A DNA stretch of 32,000 nt from Candidatus Heimdallarchaeota archaeon (lineage in GTDB: Archaea; Asgardarchaeota; Heimdallarchaeia; Heimdallarchaeales; Kariarchaeaceae). Positions 10,326 through 18,598 of the stretch are shown here, piece by piece (position 1 is the first letter of the stretch; each line of letters starts with the position of its first letter). A program made the translations under genes and the position numbers. The stretch is from the NCBI GenBank assembly GCA_030149205.1, contig JASBSB010000001.1:300001-332000 (forward strand), written 5' to 3'. The notes beneath the pieces are model-generated. The model worked only from the letters and a program-made list of their open reading frames with translations. It had not been told where the DNA came from and did not search any database.

Positions 10326-11774
10326 AGAACCTTCAACTAATTCTCCAATTCTCAAAATTTCTTTGAATGCATAATCAATATCACTTACTAATGTTCGATG
10401 ATTGGTGATAGCCATTCGTAATGAGAAGTTTCCACGAAGATTTGTTGAAGAAATTATAAAATTACCCTCCTCATGTATCCTAAACAATAATTCTCTGTTA
10501 AAACCATCGATATCTAATTTTATTGCTGGTAGATATCTGAAGCAAATTATATTCAGTGAGACAGGCGCTAAGAGTTCTAACTTGTGAGAGTTTTTTATGA
10601 GTTGACCCATATGATTTGCCTCTTCAATATTTTTTTCAATAAGAGATTGAAATCTTTCAACCCCTATTTCTTGCAATGCAAACCAAACCTTTAGTGCTCT
10701 AAAAGATCTCGACAGCTGGATACCGTATTCAGTGAACCAATGACCCCCACCCATCATACCTCGTACATCTCCTCTCAAATAATCAGGTCTTGAGGAAAAT
10801 GACTTGAGGTGTGTTAATTCGTCTTTTATAAAAACACATCCCACATCATATTGCATGTAAAACCATTTATGTAAGTCAAAGGCAACTGAATCTGCTTCAC
10901 GTATCAAATTAGTATAACTCTCATATTTAGGAACTAATGAACTCATCATTCCAAATGCTGCATCAATGTGCAGCCAGATTCCTTCTTCCTTACATAGTTG
11001 AGATATTTCACCTAAATCATCGAAAGCTCCTGTGTTTACCGTACCAATGTTTGCAATAACACAAACCGGTTTAAGTCCTGTGTTTCTATCTTTAAGAATC
11101 TGATTTTTAAGCGCTGAAACGTCCATTGAGAAATCAGGCAGGCTTTTTATATATCTTATAAACTTCCTTCCAATTCCTAGGAGTTCTATTGCTTTTGTTA
11201 TAGAGGAATGTGCTTGATCAGAACAATAAAATACCATTTGTTTAGATTGCTCCTTTATTCCATGAATTCTAATATCAGAATCAGACATGGCATATCTAGC
11301 AGCAGTTAAACCAATGAGATTCGCTTCAGAACAGCCTCCAGTTAATACTCCTGAAGACTCGGCTGGTAAAGGAAATATCTGTTTAAGGGTAGATAAGACC
11401 TGTCTTTCAAGATAAAGACCGATATGGTCTCTACCCCCATTATTAATATTTAGTGTTGCAGTTAAGAAAGAGGATAACAATCCGGATGGAAGTCCAGTGC
11501 CATTAACCCATCCCCAAAATCGTGGATGAATATTGCCACCATGATATGGTTTAATCTCTTTTAGAAAGGTCTGATATAATTCATCATAATTTTTCGGTTC
11601 TGCAGAAAGAGGAAATTTTAATTTTTCTTTTAGATCCTCTGGAACAGGATCCCAAGCGTTCTCCTGTCGAATATGTTGCAAAAATTCAACCATGTCATCT
11701 ACCGCTCTGTGCAAAACCGACTGTAAGTCACCCCAATCTTCTGGATCTCCAGTTAAGCTTCCAAATTCAGACAA
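10305..11774 (-). CDS. Group II PLP-dependent amino-acid decarboxylase (aromatic-L-amino-acid decarboxylase-like)
   Basis: GNIHPRFWGWV, TGGCSEAN, SDQAHSSITKA, NIGTVNTGAFD, WLHIDAAFG, DSVAFDLHKW (PLP lysine), LSRSFRALKVW. TTG start. Confidence 0.88.
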   Translation of the reverse strand: MSEFGSLTGDPEDWGDLQSVLHRAVDDMVEFLQHIRQENAWDPVPEDLKEKLKFPLSAEPKNYDELYQTFLKEIKPYHGGNIHPRFWGWVNGTGLPSGLLSSFLTATLNINNGGRDHIGLYLERQVLSTLKQIFPLPAESSGVLTGGCSEANLIGLTAARYAMSDSDIRIHGIKEQSKQMVFYCSDQAHSSITKAIELLGIGRKFIRYIKSLPDFSMDVSALKNQILKDRNTGLKPVCVIANIGTVNTGAFDDLGEISQLCKEEGIWLHIDAAFGMMSSLVPKYESYTNLIREADSVAFDLHKWFYMQYDVGCVFIKDELTHLKSFSSRPDYLRGDVRGMMGGGHWFTEYGIQLSRSFRALKVWFALQEIGVERFQSLIEKNIEEANHMGQLIKNSHKLELLAPVSLNIICFRYLPAIKLDIDGFNRELLFRIHEEGNFIISSTNLRGNFSLRMAITNHRTLVSDIDYAFKEILRIGELVEGSLVSDKD

Positions 11775-11918
11775 TAAGATAGGAAAATTTTTCTAAAATT
11801 TAATGGTTTATTAACATTCTAAAGGAATTAAATTATTTTTTCTTAAGATTTGCAACACTATTGTATGTTATCTATTTTATTCTGAAAAGCTTTTTAGTTT
11901 CGCATTTCATTAATTTTT

Positions 11919-12233
11919 ATGGATGTAAATTACGATGAAAAATTAAACTATTTAATAGAAAAATTACATGAAATCGTAATGGTAGACAATATAATTTCTG
12001 AGGATGAAGAGGCTCTACTAGAGGTAATTCGATCATTAATTGATAATTTTAAAGTCTCTGATTCAAACCTTTCAGAAATAGCAGAAGAGAGAAAAACAGC
12101 GTTTCATAAGCTTATAACAGCATTAGAGGATGACTCTCTAACAGTTGCTGAGATGGATGATCTAATATCTGAAGATGAAATCGCAATGTTAGGGTATCTC
12201 TTTAAGGAGTTATCAGATCTAAAGAATACTTAA
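11919..12233 (+). CDS. Small acidic protein with a duplicated DxxISEDE motif (TerB-like)
   Basis: VDNIISEDEEALL and MDDLISEDEIAML repeats in a helical, very acidic 104-aa protein. Confidence 0.55.
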   Translation: MDVNYDEKLNYLIEKLHEIVMVDNIISEDEEALLEVIRSLIDNFKVSDSNLSEIAEERKTAFHKLITALEDDSLTVAEMDDLISEDEIAMLGYLFKELSDLKNT

Positions 12234-12260
12234 TGCGGAATCCAACTTAATCGGTATGAT

Positions 12261-13139
12261 TTATAACCTGATGATATTAAATTTAGTTAGCGTTATTAAG
12301 AACATAAAAACCCCAATACCAAAGAAAATCCCAACTAATATACGTTCAACCATTTCCTTTGGGATGAACGAAGACAATTTCCCGCCTATCTGCCCCCCAA
12401 TAATTACTCCAGGTATGGTGAATAAGAGAAGACCCCATGGAATACTATTGACTCCAGCTAACACAACATCGGTTGCAGAACTTACTAAAACTACTGTAAC
12501 TACCACAACGACAGAGGTTCCAGCTGCCACTGGCATTGGTAATTTAAAACGACCCCTCAAATTTGAAATTACAGACTCACCTATCCCTACAGAAATCATC
12601 CCTGTAAACAATCCACCAATACCGGTGGACACCAAACCGAAATTGTCATGATTTAAACACACGTAATGCTCTTCACCCTTATAATCTTTTATTACTTTGT
12701 TTTTCTTATACCCATGAAGGAAACAAATTTGGTCAGCATTAGCTTTCTCTTTGTTAGCTAAAAGAATAAAGAAAGCTAAAACTATAATGACAAATGCAAA
12801 TATCCCTATTAGATATTTTCCCTCTACAATTCTTTTCAAAAATGTACCAATAATTGCTAAGGGAATGGAGAGAAGAAGATAATACTTTGCTGTTTCAAAA
12901 TCTATTGTTTTTCTTTTTATATAAGAACTCAATCCTGAAGAAAATCCTGCTAATTCGGTTAATAATGCTGCTCCAAATGCATCTGCTGGAGTTAAAGGAG
13001 TGACTTTTACTAAGGGAAACAGTAAAAGAAAAACAGGAGCAAAAAATGTAGCTCCTCCAATCCCAAAAGTCATAGCCAATGTTGCTACAACTATAGAAAG
13101 CGGAAACATAAACCAGTATTCAAAAAACATTATTCTCAT
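12261..13139 (-). CDS. TauE/SafE-family (sulfite exporter-like) membrane protein
   Basis: Two internal repeats (TFGIGGATFFAP; MISVGIGE...AAGTS), about 8 TM helices, GVIIGGQIG near the C-terminus. Confidence 0.85.
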   Translation of the reverse strand: MRIMFFEYWFMFPLSIVVATLAMTFGIGGATFFAPVFLLLFPLVKVTPLTPADAFGAALLTELAGFSSGLSSYIKRKTIDFETAKYYLLLSIPLAIIGTFLKRIVEGKYLIGIFAFVIIVLAFFILLANKEKANADQICFLHGYKKNKVIKDYKGEEHYVCLNHDNFGLVSTGIGGLFTGMISVGIGESVISNLRGRFKLPMPVAAGTSVVVVVTVVLVSSATDVVLAGVNSIPWGLLLFTIPGVIIGGQIGGKLSSFIPKEMVERILVGIFFGIGVFMFLITLTKFNIIRL

Positions 13140-13258
13140 TTAAGAATGATTTACATTCCATTTATAACCTAAGTAATATTTTTAAGATATAGAGACTATA
13201 TTGATGTCGGATATATTTATTCAATCTCATCGTATCATTAAAATCTATAATAGTTCTT

Positions 13259-14383
13259 CTAAACGTTTTCAAAATTGAATTTGAATCCTGATTTAACCTT
13301 CTCTATTAAAGGGGGTATCACATTTTTATAATCATCAACAATACCGTAATCAGCTACACTGAATATTCTTGCATTGGGATCTGTGTTAATTGCAATGACC
13401 TTTCTGGAACTCTGCATACCCATTAAATGTTGAATAGCACCTGAAATCCCTACTGCCACATACAGCTTAGGATGAACAGTTTTACCTGTTTGTCCAATTT
13501 GATGGTCATGTGAAATGTAACCAGCGTTAACTGCAGCTCTTGAGGATCCCAATTCGACTTTCTGTCCATTCTCGCGAATTGCATCTACTAATTCTTGTAA
13601 CATCACAAAACCATCTTTCCCAATTCCTTTACCGCCAGATATGATAATATCAGCTTTATCTAACTCCAGCCGATCAGCTTCGTTCTCAAAAGATAATACT
13701 TCAGTTTTCCAATCTTCATCAGTGAAATTTGGTGTAAACAGAATGACCTCTCCCTTCCGGGTGGTGTCTGGCTCTAATGGTCTAAATACACCCGGTCGTA
13801 CCGTTGCGCTTTGAGGATAAGTCCAAGGTCCAATAATTGTTGCCAATTTACTTTCTCCAAATGAAGGTCTTATCATTAAAAATGCTGTTGGGAATCGCTG
13901 GTTTTGTTTTCTGCTTATGTATTGACCTACATCAAGCTGAGTACAATCTGCTGAAAGTCCAACATGCAACCTAGAAGCACACCTTGGGGCTAAACTTCTC
14001 CCCAATGCTGTTGCTGTGTAGATCATAATTTCAGGATTTATTTCTTTTATTGCCTCGGTTACAGCTCTGGCATAAGGAAGGTCTCGGTAATATTCTAACC
14101 TGTCATCTGAAATCACATAAACTTTATCCGCACCATGAGAAATCAAGGTATCTGCGTGTTTTTCCGCGTTTTTTCCAATCACAATGGATGTGACTGTTTG
14201 ATCATCTATCTTTGAAGATATTCTCCTAGCTTCACCTAAAATCTCTAAAGCAGCTGGGTGAAGGTCTTCTCCAATGGTTTGAGCCCAAGTAGCTATCCCT
14301 TTTGCCCCGTTTCTTAGATCGACTATTGGAACTTTAGCATCTAACTCAGCTCTTCTTCTTGCTCTTTCATCATCTTCACTCAT
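13259..14383 (-). CDS. fixB: Electron transfer flavoprotein alpha subunit (EtfA/FixB)
   Basis: GRSLAPR...GLSADCT, RPSFG, ATVRPG, ADIIISGGKG, GSSRAAV, QIGQTGKTV.PKLY.A.GISGAIQH..GM, AINTD.NA.IF..ADYGIV. I moved the start from the track's 14404 to ATG 14383 because GGAGGT lies just upstream of it. Confidence 0.92.
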   Translation of the reverse strand: MSEDDERARRRAELDAKVPIVDLRNGAKGIATWAQTIGEDLHPAALEILGEARRISSKIDDQTVTSIVIGKNAEKHADTLISHGADKVYVISDDRLEYYRDLPYARAVTEAIKEINPEIMIYTATALGRSLAPRCASRLHVGLSADCTQLDVGQYISRKQNQRFPTAFLMIRPSFGESKLATIIGPWTYPQSATVRPGVFRPLEPDTTRKGEVILFTPNFTDEDWKTEVLSFENEADRLELDKADIIISGGKGIGKDGFVMLQELVDAIRENGQKVELGSSRAAVNAGYISHDHQIGQTGKTVHPKLYVAVGISGAIQHLMGMQSSRKVIAINTDPNARIFSVADYGIVDDYKNVIPPLIEKVKSGFKFNFENV

Positions 14384-14384
14384 T

Positions 14385-15194
14385 TTAGGAAACCTCCACA
14401 TCACTTTCTGCTGAATTAAATGTCTCTAAAAGCTTGTTCACGCTTTCTTGGGGTGTTTTCTCATTAAAGAGCATAACTGGAGGTCTGTTAATAACCACAT
14501 TTAGAACCCTAGAAACGATTGTTGGTGAACCTGAAAGCCCAACTTCTTCCTTTGATAGTCCGATATCAGCAACACTTACAATTTTTACCTCCTTGTTGAC
14601 TGCTTTTAAAGATGCATTAAGACTTGGACCACGGGGAGTATTTGCTTCTTTTGTAATTGATAGCATAACAGGTAAAGGTACATCAAAAGATTCATACCCA
14701 CCTTCAATCAATCTCCTTACCTTAAGGGAGTTTTCCAACAATTCTATTTTATCAACATAACATACCTGATATAAGCCAAGATGCTCTGCAACTTGAGGTC
14801 CAACATGAGCTGTATCCCCGTCTATGGTCTGTAACCCTGCAAATAAAACATCAAAGGGTGATACAAATGTCTTAATGGTCTCACTTAGAGCCACAGCTGT
14901 AGCCCAAGTATCTGACCCGGCTAATAACCTGTCTGAAAGAAGATAAGCTTCATCTGCACCCCTTCTTAGGGCTTCATTTAGTGATTGTTGAGCGTTAGGT
15001 GGCCCCATACTCACTACACTAACCTTCCCGCCTACCTTGTCTCTAAGCTTCAAGGCTTCTTCTAATGCATTTTGACAGTAGGGGTTCATCATTGATTTCC
15101 CACTACGATCCATCATTCCATCAGCCTTGGTTTTCATAGCCTTAGGTACAGGAACCTGTTTTATCATAACTACAATATGAAGGTCTTTTAACAA
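14385..15194 (-). CDS. fixA: Electron transfer flavoprotein beta subunit (EtfB/FixA)
   Basis: IVVMIKQVP, MNPYC..ALEEAL, SMGPP, GADEAYLLSDR..AGSDTWAT, DGDTAHVGPQVA, GLSGSPT. TTG start preceded by an AGGTG RBS. Confidence 0.93.
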   Translation of the reverse strand: MLKDLHIVVMIKQVPVPKAMKTKADGMMDRSGKSMMNPYCQNALEEALKLRDKVGGKVSVVSMGPPNAQQSLNEALRRGADEAYLLSDRLLAGSDTWATAVALSETIKTFVSPFDVLFAGLQTIDGDTAHVGPQVAEHLGLYQVCYVDKIELLENSLKVRRLIEGGYESFDVPLPVMLSITKEANTPRGPSLNASLKAVNKEVKIVSVADIGLSKEEVGLSGSPTIVSRVLNVVINRPPVMLFNEKTPQESVNKLLETFNSAESDVEVS

Positions 15195-15318
15195 TTAACT
15201 CACACCTAATTTTTCATATTATCAAAATTCTTTTGTTTTTTATGTCGATCGAAATACACACATTGAAATTTTTAACTAATTATTTTAAATTATACAGACA
15301 TATAATATTTTTAAATAA

Positions 15319-15834
15319 TTAGACACCTTTAATTTGCTGAAGAACATGCCCTAAAAATTCCATCAAAAGGTGAACCCCATCTTCCACTGCGTTTGGGGAA
15401 CCAGGGAGAGCAACGATAACAGATTCTTGTGTAACTCCAGCAATCGCCCTACCTATCAACCCGAATCCACCTATTTTTTCGTAAGACACTTTTCTAAATT
15501 GTTCACCAAACCCAAGGACTTCCTTCTCAATAATTGCTTTTACAGCTTCGTAGGTTACATCTCTTTTCGAAACTCCGGTCCCACCCACTAACAATACTAG
15601 ATCTACTCCTCTCAGTAAATCTGACTCAATTTTTGTCTGTAAAGAGGGTAAGTCATCTGGGAGGTAATCTAAGTTTGTTCTTCCTAAACCATATTCACTT
15701 AATAATTCAAGTGCTCTTTCTCCACTCTCATCGTGAACGACCAGTTCGGGATCATTAAACAAGGAGTCACTAACAATAGTCACTGTGGAGTTTATTGAGG
15801 TCATATCTACAGTCTCGTGAGTTTTCCAGACCAT
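15319..15834 (-). CDS. moaB: Molybdenum cofactor biosynthesis protein MoaB/Mog family
   Basis: TIVSDS, GGTGVSKRDVTYEA, GFGEQFR..S, LPGSPNAV. Confidence 0.88.
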   Translation of the reverse strand: MVWKTHETVDMTSINSTVTIVSDSLFNDPELVVHDESGERALELLSEYGLGRTNLDYLPDDLPSLQTKIESDLLRGVDLVLLVGGTGVSKRDVTYEAVKAIIEKEVLGFGEQFRKVSYEKIGGFGLIGRAIAGVTQESVIVALPGSPNAVEDGVHLLMEFLGHVLQQIKGV

Positions 15835-16106
15835 CTATAATATTGAAGAACTAACCTTTATTACTTTTATCTAAGTAACTTACAAAGTATTTGGTTTGAA
15901 ATTTGAGAGTTATTTTTGTTGGATAAAACTAGAGAACTAACTAGTTTACTTCATACGATTGTAAATTCTGTTTCATAATTCAAACAATTTCTGACTGGCT
16001 TCATTAAAAAATTAGACATTAGAAAATTTTGTCAAAGAAATCAAGCAATAAAATTTGGATGGTGAAGTATTATTTTAATATAAAATAATTAATCTGCAAG
16101 TTAATT

Positions 16107-16149
16107 GAAAGTTTATAGACATCAGATTGATGACTAAAACTCAAAGGAG
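16107..16149 (+). promoter_or_regulatory. Putative archaeal BRE/TATA promoter and RBS of citrate synthase
   Basis: GAAAG-TTTATA at 16107-16117 and AAGGAG at 16144-16149, ahead of the ATG at 16159. Confidence 0.45.
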
Positions 16150-16158
16150 CTAATTTAA

Positions 16159-17280
16159 ATGTCACAAGCAACTAAAGGATTAGAAGGAGTAGTAGCAGCT
16201 CAATCAAAACTCGGGAAAGTGGACGGAGCGAATGGCAAATTATGGTACTGTGGGTACCCAATTGAGGTTTTGGCTGAAAAATCAACCTTTGAAGAGGTTG
16301 CATTTCTTTTGCTAAAACAGCGGCTTCCAAGTTCAGCAGAATTAGAAGACCTCAAAGGGTATATAGCAAGAAACAGACCATTGACGATGACGGAAATTGA
16401 CATTCTTCATAAAATCCCTTCTGACTCAGACACTATGTCAGTATTAAGAACTATGGTTTCCTTTGTGGGACATACTGATCCAGATGCGGAAAAGGAGGGA
16501 AGTGATTATGATTACCGCAAAGCATTACGTCTGATTGGAAAAATCACGAGTATTATAACATCCTGGGAAAGAATAAGGAATGGTCAAGAACCTGTGTCTC
16601 CAAAAGCTACCCTTAGCACGGCCGGTAACATATTATACATGTTAAGAGGAACAGAACCAAAGAAGGAGGAGGTGAAGATCCTAGACATCATGTTGATTTT
16701 ACACGCAGAGCATGGCTTAAATGCAAGTACCTTTGCTGCAAGGGTAGCAACCGCAACATTAAGTGATTTGTATTCTGCTGTAACAGCTGCTGTGGGTACT
16801 TTAAAGGGGAGGCTTCATGGTGGTGCAAACGCACGAGTTATGGAAATGCTTATTGCAATAGGTAGTGAAGAAAATGCAGAAGCTTTTGTGTCAAAAGCCT
16901 TTGAAAACCATGAAAAAGTTATGGGGATGGGTCACAGAGTATACAAGGTTACAGACCCAAGAGCTGAGATCTTAGTCGGACTTGCAAAGGAATTTATTGG
17001 AGCAGACAACAAATTTTTAAACATTGCCTATAAGGTTAGAGATGCAACTCATGCCAGAAAACCGAACCTATACCCTAATGTTGATTTCTTCAGTGGATCT
17101 ATTTATTATTACATGGGTATTCCATTGGATCTATATACAGCACTATTTGCACAGGCCAGAGTATCAGGTTGGGCAGCACATAGCATTGAACAGAGAGAAA
17201 ACAACAGATTGATACGACCTTTAGCAGAATACATAGGTGAACTTGACAAGCCATGGATTCCTATCGAAGATAGAAAATAA
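16159..17280 (+). CDS. gltA: Citrate synthase (short archaeal/Gram-positive type; 2-methylcitrate synthase not excluded)
   Basis: KGLEGV, LHAEHGLNAST, GRLHGGAN (catalytic His), GMGHRVYK, PNVDFFSG (catalytic Asp), RLIRP. Confidence 0.93.
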   Translation: MSQATKGLEGVVAAQSKLGKVDGANGKLWYCGYPIEVLAEKSTFEEVAFLLLKQRLPSSAELEDLKGYIARNRPLTMTEIDILHKIPSDSDTMSVLRTMVSFVGHTDPDAEKEGSDYDYRKALRLIGKITSIITSWERIRNGQEPVSPKATLSTAGNILYMLRGTEPKKEEVKILDIMLILHAEHGLNASTFAARVATATLSDLYSAVTAAVGTLKGRLHGGANARVMEMLIAIGSEENAEAFVSKAFENHEKVMGMGHRVYKVTDPRAEILVGLAKEFIGADNKFLNIAYKVRDATHARKPNLYPNVDFFSGSIYYYMGIPLDLYTALFAQARVSGWAAHSIEQRENNRLIRPLAEYIGELDKPWIPIEDRK

Positions 17281-17328
17281 TTATTAATTTAGCCATATAA
17301 ATATAAATTCATAATATACAACATAAAC

Positions 17329-17541
17329 ATGGATATTGAAGAAAAAACAGACGGATTGATGTCGATAGTCACTGAAGGGTACGAGGTTATTGAAAAAGTT
17401 GTAAAAGCCTCAGGAAGTTCCGGAAGAGTCTATCTACCTTCAGAATGGGTGGGGTCAATCGTGAAGATAATAAGAGTTACTCCACTAAAAAGAAGTGAAG
17501 AACAAAATATTGGTGTTCCTACTAAAGAGTCAGACAATTGA
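17329..17541 (+). CDS. DUF2080-like (AbrB-type swapped-hairpin) small protein
   Basis: EVIEKVVKASGSSGRVYLPSEWVGSIVKIIR matches the pattern of archaeal DUF2080 'transposon-encoded' proteins. Confidence 0.72.
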   Translation: MDIEEKTDGLMSIVTEGYEVIEKVVKASGSSGRVYLPSEWVGSIVKIIRVTPLKRSEEQNIGVPTKESDN

Positions 17542-17738
17542 AAAAAATTTTGAGATGGGGAATTGTGATATTATTTTTATTCACACTCCTTATTGAATCC
17601 AATGCTCAGAACAATTCACCTGTGTTTCCGGTTGAAGAAAGAATAGCTCAACATACAACCTTTTCAACATTAGCCTTTATCGGGATTGTGACAATAGTTT
17701 TGCTGAAAAGGAAACAGAGATCAAGAGAGAGAAAGTGA
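17538..17738 (+). CDS. 66-aa microprotein: signal peptide, about 20 polar residues, TM helix and basic tail
   Basis: MKKILRW plus a hydrophobic core plus SNA|Q (signal peptidase I-like site); C-terminal LAFIGIVTIVLL-KRKQRSRERK. The TTG start overlaps the upstream TGA stop (TTGA). Confidence 0.65.
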   Translation: MKKILRWGIVILFLFTLLIESNAQNNSPVFPVEERIAQHTTFSTLAFIGIVTIVLLKRKQRSRERK

Positions 17739-17740
17739 TC

Positions 17741-18598
17741 TTAGGGATTTTCTCTGAGTCGAAGGATGATACTTGCAACCACTAGAAACAACAAATTTAC
17801 CCCGATAAGTAGAAAAAAGAGCATTAAAGGGTCGGGACTGTTTTTGACCGGTTCTAGGTTGTAAAATATTTTGGGATAAATAACATCAACATACCAAGAG
17901 AGAGAGAGATATTTTGAGTTTGAAGGAAGAAGATTGCCAAAAAAGTCAACCAGAAATAATAAAAGTAATGTTGTAATAATTGAATGTAGACTCTTTGAAA
18001 ACACACTAGAGGTTAACAACGCCAGACCAATAACCGCGCCGAGAAGCACAACTAAAATAACTGCAACTGCGATAATTTCATCAAGACTGTGAATGAATGC
18101 ATCAGGCCAAAATGCTCCAAATCTAAACATCTGGGTGTAGTAATTTATGATCAACACAGGAACTGAAAGTATGGATAAGGTGTAAAGCATTCCAAAATAT
18201 TTCCCAAAAACTACTTCAAATTCGTAGATTGGTTTAGATCTAAACAGGGTGAATGTTCCTCGTTCAATGTCTCCTGCTATTTGGTCTGCTGTCAATAGTG
18301 CGATCAGTATTTGCCCTAAGAAAAAGCTAAGAAATGTTCCTGTAATCATTGAGGTAGTTGAAAACTGTGCTTGATATAGAGCAATTCCAGTGCCATTTTG
18401 AATCACTGGAATGAAAAATCCCCCAAGCATTGAACCTAAGGGTACTACAACATAATACAAAATTGCTAACCAGAATTTTTTCTCCCTAATATTAGAAAAG
18501 AATACATCTAGACTGATTATATGAATGTTCCTAAGACTTGTAATTATAGGACGGACTGAAATATTTTGAAAATATGATGTTGCTCTCGTGAATGTCAT
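17741..18598 (-). CDS. ABC-2 type transporter permease
   Basis: About 6 TM helices, ADQIAGDIERGTF.L..SKPI...EVVFGKY ABC-2 signature. ATGA-coupled to the ATPase gene. Confidence 0.88.
   Translation of the reverse strand: MTFTRATSYFQNISVRPIITSLRNIHIISLDVFFSNIREKKFWLAILYYVVVPLGSMLGGFFIPVIQNGTGIALYQAQFSTTSMITGTFLSFFLGQILIALLTADQIAGDIERGTFTLFRSKPIYEFEVVFGKYFGMLYTLSILSVPVLIINYYTQMFRFGAFWPDAFIHSLDEIIAVAVILVVLLGAVIGLALLTSSVFSKSLHSIITTLLLLFLVDFFGNLLPSNSKYLSLSWYVDVIYPKIFYNLEPVKNSPDPLMLFFLLIGVNLLFLVVASIILRLRENP

Noticed and set aside
12256-12651. 131-aa plus-strand ORF
   Set aside because: Antisense shadow of the TauE gene with no independent motif.
7729-13199. ATATAGAGA(T/C)TAT present at 7729-7741 and 13187-13199, near both edges of the block splitting fixAB from fixCX
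   Set aside because: A 12/13 match in very AT-rich DNA that does not sit at the true junctions, so not convincing as a target-site duplication or att site. At most a shared promoter element.
17329-17541. Calling the DUF2080-like gene a mobile element
   Set aside because: No TnpA/TnpB, terminal inverted repeats, subterminal hairpins or target-site duplication nearby.
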